DNA from: Thermoanaerobaculia bacterium | Lineage (GTDB): Bacteria; Acidobacteriota; Thermoanaerobaculia; UBA5066; Gp7-AA6 | Direction of reading: 5' to 3' | NCBI GenBank assembly: GCA_038239305.1 | Contig: JBBSEW010000007.1 | Coordinates: 21,434 to 85,433, forward strand | DNA length: 64,000 bases | Shown: positions 50,807 through 60,065 of the stretch, piece by piece | Position numbering within the stretch: position 1 is the stretch's first letter | How the letters are laid out: each line of letters starts with the position of its first letter | Translations under genes and position numbers: made by a program | Notes under the pieces: generated by a model | The model's input: the letters and a program-made list of their open reading frames with translations, nothing else | What the model was told of the DNA's origin: nothing | Database searches by the model: none

Positions 50807-51896
50807 CCTTTCCGCGGCCGCCGGCCGCTCTCTCGAGTGTCGCGAGCCGTCGGAGAAGCTCCGGCAACCGGCCGATCAGCGCCGCTCGCTTGAGAAACTC
50901 CCGGTGCGGAGCGGCCGGCATGCCCGAGACGACCGCTCCGGGCGGAACGTTCCCGGCAGTCAGAACGCCGGACTGGCCCGTCAGAGTCGAGCCCTCTCCC
51001 ACCGTCGCATGATCGCCGACGCCCGCCTGGCCCGCCAGCGTCGCCCGCGATCCGATCCGGGACGATCCCGCGATCCCGGCCTGGCCGCACACGAGCGCGT
51101 GCTCGCCGACAACCACGTTATGCCCGACCTGGACGAGGTTGTCGATCTTCGTGCCCCGCCCGATCACGGTTTCGCCGAGCGTCGCGCGGTCGATCGTGGT
51201 GTTCGCACCGATATCCACGTCATCCTCGATCCGGACGATTCCGAGCTGAGGAATCTTCCGGTGGGCCGCACCGTCCCAGACGTATCCGAACCCGTCGGAT
51301 CCGATGACGGCACCCGAATGGACCGCGCAGCGCTCGCCGATACGGCATCCCGCGAGGATCGTCGCGTTCGCATGGATCCAGGTGTCGTCGCCGATCTCGA
51401 CGCTCTCCCCGACGTACGCGCCGCCGGCGATGACCACGCGCGCGCCGATGCGGGCGCCGGCCCGAACGATCGCGCCCGCGGCGACCGAGGTCCCACGCCC
51501 GATCCGGGCGGTGCGGTCGACGTGGGCCCGCGGCGACACGCCGGCCTTCGGCCGCCGGGGAGGATGCAGGACTCCGAGCCACAGGGCGAACGCGGCAGCC
51601 GGATTGGCCACCACGATGGCGGGATGGCCGGCCGCGTCGATTTCGGCACGGACGAGGAGCGCCCCGGCCGCGCTCGCCCCGGCCTCTCCGGCGCGCCGCG
51701 AGTCGGCGACCCACGAGAGGTCGGTGGATGACGCCCGGTCGAGAGATTCGACGCCCTTCAGCCGGAGGTCCGCCGGGCCCGAGACCCGGCCGCCCACGGC
51801 TGCCGCGACCTCGCCGAGCGTAAAAAAACGGCCGCCGGGCGCCGTATCCGCCCCGCGGCCGCTTTGTCCCGATCGCCGCTTCGTTGCGCGCTTCAC
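50799..51896 (-). CDS. lpxD: UDP-3-O-acylglucosamine N-acyltransferase
   Basis: 365-aa ORF with a left-handed beta-helix hexapeptide region, GSDGFGY, and a C-terminal helix. It overlaps the fabZ start by 8 nt. Confidence 0.93.
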   Translation of the reverse strand: MKRATKRRSGQSGRGADTAPGGRFFTLGEVAAAVGGRVSGPADLRLKGVESLDRASSTDLSWVADSRRAGEAGASAAGALLVRAEIDAAGHPAIVVANPAAAFALWLGVLHPPRRPKAGVSPRAHVDRTARIGRGTSVAAGAIVRAGARIGARVVIAGGAYVGESVEIGDDTWIHANATILAGCRIGERCAVHSGAVIGSDGFGYVWDGAAHRKIPQLGIVRIEDDVDIGANTTIDRATLGETVIGRGTKIDNLVQVGHNVVVGEHALVCGQAGIAGSSRIGSRATLAGQAGVGDHATVGEGSTLTGQSGVLTAGNVPPGAVVSGMPAAPHREFLKRAALIGRLPELLRRLATLERAAGGRGKDV

Positions 51897-51918
51897 CGGG
51901 GAGGGAGTGTAGCCCGGC

Positions 51919-52548
51919 TTACGGCTTTTTCGGCGCAGGCGTCGTCTTCGCGGCCGGGGCGGCGCCGCCCGGCTTGGGAGCTGCAGTTCCCGAGGCGGCG
52001 GCCGGCTTCGGGAGGGCGACCGTCGTGTTGATGCGCTTCAGCACGTCATCGGTGACGTCCGTCGCTTCGTCGGCGTAGATGATTCCGGCCCGGGAGTCGA
52101 GAACGACGGCGTAGTGCTTCTCCTTGAAGTAATCCTTCACGACCGGCCCGATGCGACCCTCGAGGGCTCCCATCTCCTTGCGCTCGGCCTCCGTCAGATC
52201 CTTCTGGGCGTCTTCCTGCATCCGCTTCCAGGCCTTCTGCTTGTCATCGGCCTGTTTTTCGAGCGCCTCGCGCTTGTCGGCCGGCATCGACTGGCCCTGA
52301 TCGTTCAGTTTCTGGACGAGATCCCGGGCTTCCTTCTCGACGCGATCCAGGTCTTCCTTTTTGGCGTCGGAGATCTTCTTGAGACGTGCGTACGCCTCCT
52401 TGCCCGGAGCGGACTCCAGGGCGAGTCGCTGGGAGTTGATGATCGCGATCGAGCCCGGAACGGCGGCGGTCGCGGAAGCCGCGCCCGTCTGCGCGGCGGC
52501 AATCGCCGTCACACCAGCCGTCAGGATCGACAAGGCAATGCGTTTCAT
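51919..52548 (-). CDS. skp: OmpH/Skp-family periplasmic chaperone
   Basis: ATG at 52548 preceded by AAGGAG. It has a signal peptide ([20 protein letters not shown]), a coiled-coil Lys/Glu-rich core and a Pro/Ala-rich tail. Confidence 0.85.
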   Translation of the reverse strand: MKRIALSILTAGVTAIAAAQTGAASATAAVPGSIAIINSQRLALESAPGKEAYARLKKISDAKKEDLDRVEKEARDLVQKLNDQGQSMPADKREALEKQADDKQKAWKRMQEDAQKDLTEAERKEMGALEGRIGPVVKDYFKEKHYAVVLDSRAGIIYADEATDVTDDVLKRINTTVALPKPAAASGTAAPKPGGAAPAAKTTPAPKKP

Positions 52549-52652
52549 TTCGATCTCCTTACGTGTTCTTGCTGCGCGAAGCGCCAAAGACTAGCAGAGT
52601 CTGGGAGGGGAAAACAGAAGGAACCTCGGGGAATTCCGCCAATAAGGACAGA

Positions 52653-52738
52653 ATCGAGTGGTCCGACAGAAGATCGGGTGATCGGGTGATCGGATGATCG
52701 GGTGATCAATCAGGTGAATCGGGCAATCAGACGATCGG
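52653..52738. repeat. Short-tandem-repeat locus L9: (ATCGGGTG)x~9 octamer array in the bamA-skp spacer
   Basis: ATCGAGTG GTCCGACA gaag ATCGGGTG ATCGGGTG ATCGGATG ATCGGGTG ATCAATCAGGTG AATCGGGC AATCAGACG ATCGG. Confidence 0.93.
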
Positions 52739-52817
52739 AGCCTTTCTGGGGGGCTCGCTGTCATGGGGGGCAGGAGATTGGTCGGGGTTTCGGAGGCGGC
52801 CAGCGGATAGACGGGGG

Positions 52818-55403
52818 CTAGAACGTCCTTCCGATCGAGAAGTCGAATCCCTTCTTTTTGTCCTTCAGGCTGGTGATCGGGAAACCGAACTGGTCGATCG
52901 GGGTCTTCGGGCTCAGGTTGAAGGAATAGATGAATCGGAGCGGTGCCTGGAAGATCGGTAGAAAAATCCGCAGCTCCATGCCGACAGAGCTCCGCAGGCC
53001 GGTGAAACCGAAGTTCTGGCTCTCGTGAAACGTGTTCCCGAAATCGCCAAACGCCAGGACCTTGGCCGGACCGACCTGCGCAAAAATGTACTCGGCGTTC
53101 AAGACGAAGTACTTGTTGCCGCCCAGGATATGGCCCTGCGTGTCGGTGAACACGCGCTGGTCCTTGTCGAGCGGCAGGATGGACCCGGCCCGGAAGCCGC
53201 GAAGGCTCTGCTCGCCGCCCAGCTGGAAGCGCTCGAAGATGGGAACGCCCTGCCCGCTGTACGGCTTCACGTAACCCGCTTCTCCGTTCAGAGCCAGGTA
53301 GGCATGGCGCGGGAACCGGATCGGGATGTAGATGGATCCGCCGACGAGCGGCTTCACGAAGTCCGTCGTGCCGCCGAGGTAGGTGCTCGCGAGCTGAGTG
53401 GTGAGGTAGAACCGGTGGCCTCCGTTCGGATCGAACGGATCGTTGCGGCTGTCGTAGCGATACCCCGGCGTTACGGACGAAGTCGTGCCCAATACGTCGG
53501 TGAATTTCGTCGGAGGCGAGGGCTGGCCCGGCGGAACGGCGGCGCCGGCGACCGGGAAATTGGATTTCACGTCCTCATACTGGTAGAGCACCGACCAGCT
53601 GTCGAAGAGGCCAAGGCCCTTGCCGTAAAAGGTCGATCCGCCGGTCCGCCGCTCATCGATGTTGAGGTACGTGATGTCGCGGCGGAAGAGGGAAACGCCG
53701 ACCGTCTGGTTTCGATCCATGAACCACGGAACCGTGTACGAAACGTCGTAATAGTTGGAGACCTTTCCGAGCTGCGCCGATGCTCCGAGGACTTCGCCGC
53801 GGCCCAGGAAGTTGCGCGTCTGGAAGGAGAACTGACCGAAGACGCCGTCGAGGGCGGAATATCCCGCGCCGAACTGGACCTCATTCTTCGACGTCTCGGT
53901 GCCCTTCAGCGTCAGGTCGACCTTCTTCTCGTCCGGCCGGACCTTGAACTCGGGCTCTTCGCCGACCTTGAAGTACCCGAGCGACTGCAGCTTCTGGAGG
54001 CTTTTCTTCACGGCCTCCATGTTCATGACGTCGCCCTCGTCGATCGCGAACTCGCGCCGGATGACCTTGTCGCGCGTCGTCGTGTTGCCCTGAACTTCGA
54101 GGCGCCCCAGGAAGAACTTGTCGCCCTCGAAGATCCGGACGTCCACGTCCACGCGGTGTTTGCCGACTTCCTTGAAGTTCGGGTCGGCGATCCAGTAGAT
54201 GAATCCGCGCGCTTTGTAGGCCGCTTCGATCCGCGAGAGCGCTTCGATCAGGAGCTCCCGGTTGAGCACGGAGCCAGGAGGCAGCTCGAAGAACTCCTTG
54301 AGGAGCCGCTCCTTCGGGACGATGAAATTCTGGGCTTCGTCGCCCTCCTCCGGTTGTCCGGCCTGGTTCATTTTCACGATGCGAATGTCGTTGGTGAAGA
54401 ACTGGTCTCCCTCGACGACCGGGATCGTGATCCGGATCCTCTTGTGCTGTTTTTTCGGCTTCGCTTTCGGATTCTTCGTGAAGACCTCGAGAATCGGGTC
54501 CTTGATGACGACGTCCTTGTAACCCTTCGCGTGGTACGCGTCCTTCAGGCTTTCGACGTCGGCGTCGTAGTTCGCCTGGCTGTATGTCGTGCTCGTCTCG
54601 GAGAGGAGGCGGAACCACGTGTTGACCTTCGTCTTCTTCATCGCCGCGCGCAGGCGCATCTCGGAAAGCACGTGATTGCCCTGGAAGTGAATGGAGGCGA
54701 TCTTGATCTTGTCGCCCTCGTCGATCGTGAAGACGACCTTTTTTTCCGTCTTCGACACGTCGTCGATCCGGAACTCGACCGTGGCTCCCCGATAGCCGTT
54801 CTCGGCGTACACGTCCGCGATCGCGGACCGCGCCTTCGCGACGTCCCGGAGGGAAAGAGGCGCGCCGACCTTGACGTCCGCCTTGAGCTCCTTCAGCTTG
54901 TCTTTGATCTGCGTCGTCGAGACCTTCTTGTTACCGGAGTACTCGACGTCCTTGATGGTGGGTCGCTCCTCGACCGAAACGACCAGGGTCACGCCGTCGG
55001 TTCCGTGCTCCGCCTCGATCGACACGTTCTCGAGGAGGCCGACGTCCCAGAGCGCCTGGAAATTGCCCCGGATCCGATCCGGGTCATATCCGTCGCCGAC
55101 CCGGATGCCGAGGTAGTGCGCGATGGTGTCGGGCGAGACGGTCTGGTACCCCACCACACGGATGCCGACGATCTTCTCGGCCTTCTCGGCCTTCACCGCG
55201 GATGCGCCGGCCGCGGGAGGAGCGGAGGGGACGCCCGGTGCGAGAGTCGAGGCCGAAGCCGGCGCCGTCGCCGGTAAAGCCACCCGGGTCGGCGAGGGGG
55301 TCGGGGGCGGTGCGCCCGCGGCGGGCGTCTGACCGGACGTCACGGCTGCGGCGGCGGCAAACACGAGCATGGCAGCCGCGCCGGAGGCGATCCGGATCTT
55401 CAA
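52818..55403 (-). CDS. bamA: outer membrane protein assembly factor BamA
   Basis: POTRA repeats followed by a 16-strand barrel ending ...GFDFSIGRTF. I prefer the TTG at 55403, which gives the signal peptide (M)KIRIASGAAAMLVFAAAAAV and has GGAGA upstream. The track ORF extends to 55478. Confidence 0.93.
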   Translation of the reverse strand: MKIRIASGAAAMLVFAAAAAVTSGQTPAAGAPPPTPSPTRVALPATAPASASTLAPGVPSAPPAAGASAVKAEKAEKIVGIRVVGYQTVSPDTIAHYLGIRVGDGYDPDRIRGNFQALWDVGLLENVSIEAEHGTDGVTLVVSVEERPTIKDVEYSGNKKVSTTQIKDKLKELKADVKVGAPLSLRDVAKARSAIADVYAENGYRGATVEFRIDDVSKTEKKVVFTIDEGDKIKIASIHFQGNHVLSEMRLRAAMKKTKVNTWFRLLSETSTTYSQANYDADVESLKDAYHAKGYKDVVIKDPILEVFTKNPKAKPKKQHKRIRITIPVVEGDQFFTNDIRIVKMNQAGQPEEGDEAQNFIVPKERLLKEFFELPPGSVLNRELLIEALSRIEAAYKARGFIYWIADPNFKEVGKHRVDVDVRIFEGDKFFLGRLEVQGNTTTRDKVIRREFAIDEGDVMNMEAVKKSLQKLQSLGYFKVGEEPEFKVRPDEKKVDLTLKGTETSKNEVQFGAGYSALDGVFGQFSFQTRNFLGRGEVLGASAQLGKVSNYYDVSYTVPWFMDRNQTVGVSLFRRDITYLNIDERRTGGSTFYGKGLGLFDSWSVLYQYEDVKSNFPVAGAAVPPGQPSPPTKFTDVLGTTSSVTPGYRYDSRNDPFDPNGGHRFYLTTQLASTYLGGTTDFVKPLVGGSIYIPIRFPRHAYLALNGEAGYVKPYSGQGVPIFERFQLGGEQSLRGFRAGSILPLDKDQRVFTDTQGHILGGNKYFVLNAEYIFAQVGPAKVLAFGDFGNTFHESQNFGFTGLRSSVGMELRIFLPIFQAPLRFIYSFNLSPKTPIDQFGFPITSLKDKKKGFDFSIGRTF

Positions 55404-55572
55404 ACCCGAACGTCTCCGCCGAGTGCGGCACGGCGGTCGCCCGCCCGATGATGAATACACATGGAGCTCTGTCTTCAAACGGGGAGGGAGCTTATCTTCT
55501 TCCGGGTTTTATCGGTACCCCGCCCGGTACGACCGTCCGGACGACCGAGGCCCCGGGCGAGGAGGAAGATTC

Positions 55573-58005
55573 TTAGGTCCCCTGGCCAATGGGCTCAGGC
55601 TCGCGCGAGATCACCGTCAATCCGTCACCGCCCACCCGCACTTCGATCGCGTCGAGCTTCTCCTCGCGCGACTGGATCAGCAGCTCCGAGACCGGATCCT
55701 CGACGAATTTCTGGATCGTCCGGCGCAGCGGCCGCGCACCCATGTTCGGGTCTTCTCCGCTCTGCTCGAGCAGCCAGCCGATCGCCGCGTCATCGACGTC
55801 GATGAACGCCCCCTTGGAGGCGATCGTCGTGTTGACGTCGTCGATCAGGAGCCGGCAGATCTTCATCAGCTCTTCCCGGCCGAGAGGATGGAAGACGATG
55901 GTTTCGTCGATTCGATTGATGAACTCCGGGGAGAAGTCGCGGCGCAGCTCGCGCAGCACCATCTCCTCGATCTCCCGCATGTTCTGAACTTCCTTGGCCA
56001 CCCCGAAACCGAGCCGGTTGCGATTGACGAGATGCTTCGTCCCGATGTTGGACGTCATGATGATCAGAGTGTTCTTGAAATCCACCACGTTCCCGTAGGC
56101 GTCCGTCAGGATGCCGTCCTCGAGTATCTGGAGAAGCAGGTTCGCGATGTCGGGATGCGCCTTCTCGATCTCGTCGAACAGGATCACGCTGTAGGGATTC
56201 CGACGAATGCGCTCCGTCAGCTGGCCGCCTTCCTCGTGGCCCACGTATCCGGGCGGCGAGCCGATCAGTTTCGACACGGCATGCTTTTCCATGTACTCCG
56301 ACATGTCGAAGCGGACGAGGGACTTCGGGTTCTCGAAGAGGAATTCGGCGAGCCGCCGGGCGACCTCGGTCTTCCCGACTCCCGAAGGTCCCAGGAAAAT
56401 GAACGACCCCATCGGCCGGTTCGGATTGTTCACGCCGAGACGAGAGCGGCGAATGGCCTTCGACACGCCGATGATCGCCGCATCCTGCCCCACGATACGG
56501 CGGCGCAGAGCATCCTCCATGTGAAGAAGCTTCTCCGCCTCTTCCATCTCGAGGGATGCCACCGGGATTCCGGTCCAGGAGGAGATGATCTCCTCGATGT
56601 CCCGGCGCGTGACCTCCTGGGTCGCGTCGCTGCGCTCCGCGGTCTGCGCCTTCGTCCGCTCGATCTCTTCTTTCAGCTCGATCTCGCGCTCGCGGAGGAA
56701 CACGGCCTTCTCGAAGTCTTTGTCCGAGATCGCCTTCTTCATCTCCTTGACGATCTGGCGCGTCTCGACCTCGAGCTTCCGAAGGTTCTGCGTGTCGGCG
56801 ACCCGCTTGAGTTTCACCTTGGCGCCGGCTTCGTCCAGAAGGTCGATGGCCTTGTCCGGGAAGAAGCGATCCGTGATGTACCGGTTCGACTGGTACACCG
56901 CGGTCTTGATCGCGTCCGGCGAGTAGTGGACCTTGTGGAACTGCTCGTACCGGTCTTTGACGCCCTCGAGGATCTCGAAAGTCTCGTCCTCCGATGGCGC
57001 CGTGACGTTGATCGCCTGGAACCGCCGCAGCAGCGAGCGGTCCTTCTCGATGTACTTGCGGTATTCCTTGAGCGTCGTGGCCCCGATGCAGGACACCTCG
57101 CCGCGGGAGAGAGCCGGCTTCAGGATGTTCGCGGCGTCGAGCGAGCCCTCGGCGGACCCGGCACCGATGAGCGAGTGGATCTCGTCGATGAAGATGATCA
57201 GGTCGGGGTTTTCCCGCAGCTCCCGGATGATGCCCTTCAGTCGCTCCTCGAACTGGCCCCGGTACTTGGTTCCGGCCACGATGAGGGACAGGTCGAGCGC
57301 GAGGATCTTCTTCTGCGCGAGAAACATGGGGACCGCGCCCTCGACGATCCGGGTCGCGAGGCCCTCGACGATCGCCGTCTTTCCGACGCCCGGCTCGCCG
57401 AGGAGAATCGGATTGTTCTTCGAGCGTCGCGAGAGGATCTGGATGATCCGCTCCACTTCCTTCTCCCGGCCGATCAGAGGATCGAACCCGCCGCCCGTCG
57501 CGAGCTGCGTGAGATCCCGCGAATACTCGGCGAGAAACGGAAGCTCCTTCTTCTGCTTCGAGACCTCGCGCTCCTTGATGAGAGAGATCGTCTCCTCCCG
57601 CACGCCGTACAGGTTGAATCCGCGGGCGGTCAGCAGACGTCCGGCCACGCAGCCGTCGACACGGAGGAGGCCGATCAGGAGATGCTCCGTTCCGACGTAG
57701 GGATGCATCATCGACTCCGCCTCGTGGGAGGCGTACGCGAGAATCTTCTTCGACTCTTCCGAGAGGGGAAGCTCCGCGGTCGAGGAGATGCGCTCGACGA
57801 AGATCCGGTCTCCCTCGATCTCGCGGCGAACCTCTTCCGGTTTCACATTGAAGCGGGAGAAGATCTCCTTGATGATGTCTTCCCCCTCGCGGAGGATGCC
57901 CAGGAGGAGGTGCTCCGACTCGATGACCTTGGAGCCGAGCTTGGAAGCCTCATAGCGCGCGAAGAAGAGAGCCCGCCGCGCCTTTTCGTTGTACTTCTCA
58001 AACAT
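55573..58005 (-). CDS. clpC: ATP-dependent Clp protease ATP-binding subunit ClpC
   Basis: ATG at 58005 (MFEKYNEKARRALFFARYEA...). It has two Clp_N repeats, two AAA+ modules (GEPGVGKTAIVEGLA and GPSGVGKTEVARRLA) and a UVR-like linker (DFEKAVFLREREIELKEEI). Confidence 0.93.
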   Translation of the reverse strand: MFEKYNEKARRALFFARYEASKLGSKVIESEHLLLGILREGEDIIKEIFSRFNVKPEEVRREIEGDRIFVERISSTAELPLSEESKKILAYASHEAESMMHPYVGTEHLLIGLLRVDGCVAGRLLTARGFNLYGVREETISLIKEREVSKQKKELPFLAEYSRDLTQLATGGGFDPLIGREKEVERIIQILSRRSKNNPILLGEPGVGKTAIVEGLATRIVEGAVPMFLAQKKILALDLSLIVAGTKYRGQFEERLKGIIRELRENPDLIIFIDEIHSLIGAGSAEGSLDAANILKPALSRGEVSCIGATTLKEYRKYIEKDRSLLRRFQAINVTAPSEDETFEILEGVKDRYEQFHKVHYSPDAIKTAVYQSNRYITDRFFPDKAIDLLDEAGAKVKLKRVADTQNLRKLEVETRQIVKEMKKAISDKDFEKAVFLREREIELKEEIERTKAQTAERSDATQEVTRRDIEEIISSWTGIPVASLEMEEAEKLLHMEDALRRRIVGQDAAIIGVSKAIRRSRLGVNNPNRPMGSFIFLGPSGVGKTEVARRLAEFLFENPKSLVRFDMSEYMEKHAVSKLIGSPPGYVGHEEGGQLTERIRRNPYSVILFDEIEKAHPDIANLLLQILEDGILTDAYGNVVDFKNTLIIMTSNIGTKHLVNRNRLGFGVAKEVQNMREIEEMVLRELRRDFSPEFINRIDETIVFHPLGREELMKICRLLIDDVNTTIASKGAFIDVDDAAIGWLLEQSGEDPNMGARPLRRTIQKFVEDPVSELLIQSREEKLDAIEVRVGGDGLTVISREPEPIGQGT

Positions 58006-58074
58006 CGGGACCCCTTGGATGCGCGTCCGCGCACGGGAAACGATTCGAGCCGCCAATCCTCGAACGGATAAACC

Positions 58075-58791
58075 TCAAGCGGGTGCGATTCCTTCCCGCG
58101 ACATCAAGTAGATTTTATCACAGCGACTTGCGAGCTCGGGGTTGTGCGTGACGAGGACGGTCGTCATCCCCCGCTCGCGGTGGAGCTCCTCCAGGAGACC
58201 GAAAACGGCGGCGGCCGAGAGGGCGTCGAGGTTTCCCGTGGGCTCGTCGGCGAGCAGAAGTCCCGGGTTCCGGGCGAGCGCCCTCGCGATCGCGACCCGC
58301 TGTTGTTCGCCTCCGGACATGGCGCGGGGCCGGTGGGCGCGGCGCTCCGACAGGCCGACGCGATCCAGAAGCGCCGCGGCGCGGGAGTTCGCCTCCCCGG
58401 CCGGCACGCCGCCGATCCGGAACGGAAACGCCACATTCTCCTCCGCGGTGAATTCCGGAAGCAGGTGATGAAACTGGAAGACGAACCCGATCCGCTCGTT
58501 GCGGAACCGTGCCCGATCGCGGGGCGGCAGCGCGTCGAGGGACGTTCCGAAGATCCGGACCCCCCCCGTGTCGGGACGGTCGATGCCTCCGAGGACGTGG
58601 AGCAGCGTCGACTTCCCGACACCGGACGGCCCCATCACGGCCGCGAAGCTTCCAGCCGGCACGTCGAACGAGAGGTTGCGGAAGACCGTTACGGGCGCGC
58701 CCTCTCCCGCATAGGTTTTGGAGAGGTCGCGCGCAGAAACGGCGAGCTCGCCCGCCGCCGGGGCAGACGCCGACCCGTTTTCGGCGCTCAT
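58075..58791 (-). CDS. lolD: lipoprotein-releasing ABC transporter ATP-binding protein LolD
   Basis: ATG at 58791 overlaps the permease stop (ATGA). Motifs: Walker A GPSGVGKST, signature MSGGEQQR and Walker B LLLADEPTG. Confidence 0.88.
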   Translation of the reverse strand: MSAENGSASAPAAGELAVSARDLSKTYAGEGAPVTVFRNLSFDVPAGSFAAVMGPSGVGKSTLLHVLGGIDRPDTGGVRIFGTSLDALPPRDRARFRNERIGFVFQFHHLLPEFTAEENVAFPFRIGGVPAGEANSRAAALLDRVGLSERRAHRPRAMSGGEQQRVAIARALARNPGLLLADEPTGNLDALSAAAVFGLLEELHRERGMTTVLVTHNPELASRCDKIYLMSREGIAPA

Positions 58792-59972
58792 CGGGACAGC
58801 CGGACGGCTTCGCCGGGAGCCAGGCGGGCCGCCGCGCGCGCCGGCAGCAGCGCGGCGAGGATCGCTGTCGCGAAGGCGAACACGGCCACCAGGAGTACCT
58901 CTCCGGGGTGAACCGTGAAGGGGACGTGTGACAGGAGATACACCCCTCCCGGCAGCGGTATGAGCCGGTAGTGATCGAGGACGACGGAAAGGCCCACCCC
59001 GACGAGCAGGCCCGCGGACGTTCCGATCGTACCGATCGCCGCGCCGAGCGTGAGATAGATCCGCGCGAGGGAGGACGGGCTCGCCCCCATCGACGTCAGC
59101 ACGCCGAGGTCGCGCTTCTTCTCGACCACGAGAAGGGCGATGTTGGACACGATGTTCAGAGCCGCCACGAGGATGACGAGCGCGACGGTCGCGAAGATGA
59201 CGGCTTTCTCCAGACGGAGAGCGAAGGCGAGCGGCGCATTCAGGTCGCGCCACGTCTGCACGCGGTAGCCGGGCCCGAGCAGCTTCCGCAGCCCGACTGC
59301 CTCCGTCTCCGCCTTCCGGGGATCGTCGAGTCGCGCTTCCCAGGCGCGCGCGCCGGTCTCGACTCCGGACAGAGTCCGAGCCGTCGCTTCCGGGAGATCC
59401 ACGTCGGCCATCTTCTCGGCGATCGTCTCGCGGTGGATGGACTCGACGCGCAGCGCGACGGCGACAGGAACGAGACCGATCGGCGAGAGTCGTGTCCGCG
59501 AGGACAGGAGCTTCAGAATCGTGCCGGGCTCCGCGCCGACCCGCGCGGCGACGGAGGAGCCGAGTCGCGCCGGAGGAAACGCGCCGTCGCCCGCCGCCGG
59601 GAGGACCCCGGGCGAGGCGTTACGGAATCGCACGGGCACGAGCGTCCGGCCCGAAGAGTCGGCCAGCCAGCCTCGGCCTTCGATCGCCGGCTCCGTGGCG
59701 GCCACGTTCGGGAGGGAGGCGAGGATGCGGCTCACGGAGTCCGCGTCCGCGAGACGGTCTCCGCGCTCCGGCGACACGACGAGATGCGGAGTCCGATCCG
59801 ACATCTGCGCGCGGATCCGATCCTGAAATCCCGAGAGCAACGCGAGCGACACCACAAGGGCGGCGACCCCGACTCCGAGCCCCACGACCGAGATCGTGGA
59901 AATGAGGGCCACGTGGGCGTTTCGCCGCGACGTCGCGAGATACCGGAGGGCGACGAAGGTCTCGAACCCCAT
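58788..59972 (-). CDS. LolC/LolE-family lipoprotein-releasing system permease (FtsX/MacB type)
   Basis: 394-aa ORF starting MGFETFVALRYLATSRRNAHVALISTISVVGLGVGVAALVVSLALLSGF, with a C-terminal FtsX domain. Confidence 0.88.
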   Translation of the reverse strand: MGFETFVALRYLATSRRNAHVALISTISVVGLGVGVAALVVSLALLSGFQDRIRAQMSDRTPHLVVSPERGDRLADADSVSRILASLPNVAATEPAIEGRGWLADSSGRTLVPVRFRNASPGVLPAAGDGAFPPARLGSSVAARVGAEPGTILKLLSSRTRLSPIGLVPVAVALRVESIHRETIAEKMADVDLPEATARTLSGVETGARAWEARLDDPRKAETEAVGLRKLLGPGYRVQTWRDLNAPLAFALRLEKAVIFATVALVILVAALNIVSNIALLVVEKKRDLGVLTSMGASPSSLARIYLTLGAAIGTIGTSAGLLVGVGLSVVLDHYRLIPLPGGVYLLSHVPFTVHPGEVLLVAVFAFATAILAALLPARAAARLAPGEAVRLSR

Positions 59973-60010
59973 CAGGTGCGGCTCACCCGGGCCCCGGAGA
60001 CGTCAACGAG

Positions 60011-60065
60011 CAGGCCTCAACGTGCCGGCCTCGACTTGCCGGCCTCATCGTGCCGGCCTCATTAA
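60011..60065. repeat. 14-nt tandem repeat (GCCGGCCTCNNNNT)x~4 spanning the lysS stop codon
   Basis: caggcctcaacgt gccggcctcgactt gccggcctcatcgt gccggcctcattaa. The lysS stop (60045-60047) and its last six codons lie inside copies 3 and 4. Confidence 0.9.

Noticed and set aside
33406-58071. Other very long antisense ORFs: 33406-35766 (+, 786 aa), 42010-44622 (+, 870 aa), 42572-44683 (-, 703 aa), 53025-55277 (+, 750 aa), 55369-58071 (+, 900 aa), 60390-61922 (+, 510 aa)
   Set aside because: Each lies opposite to, or out of frame with, a confidently identified gene (S55 peptidase, leuS, bamA, clpC, lysS). Each has the Arg/Asp/Gly/His-rich composition of non-coding frames.
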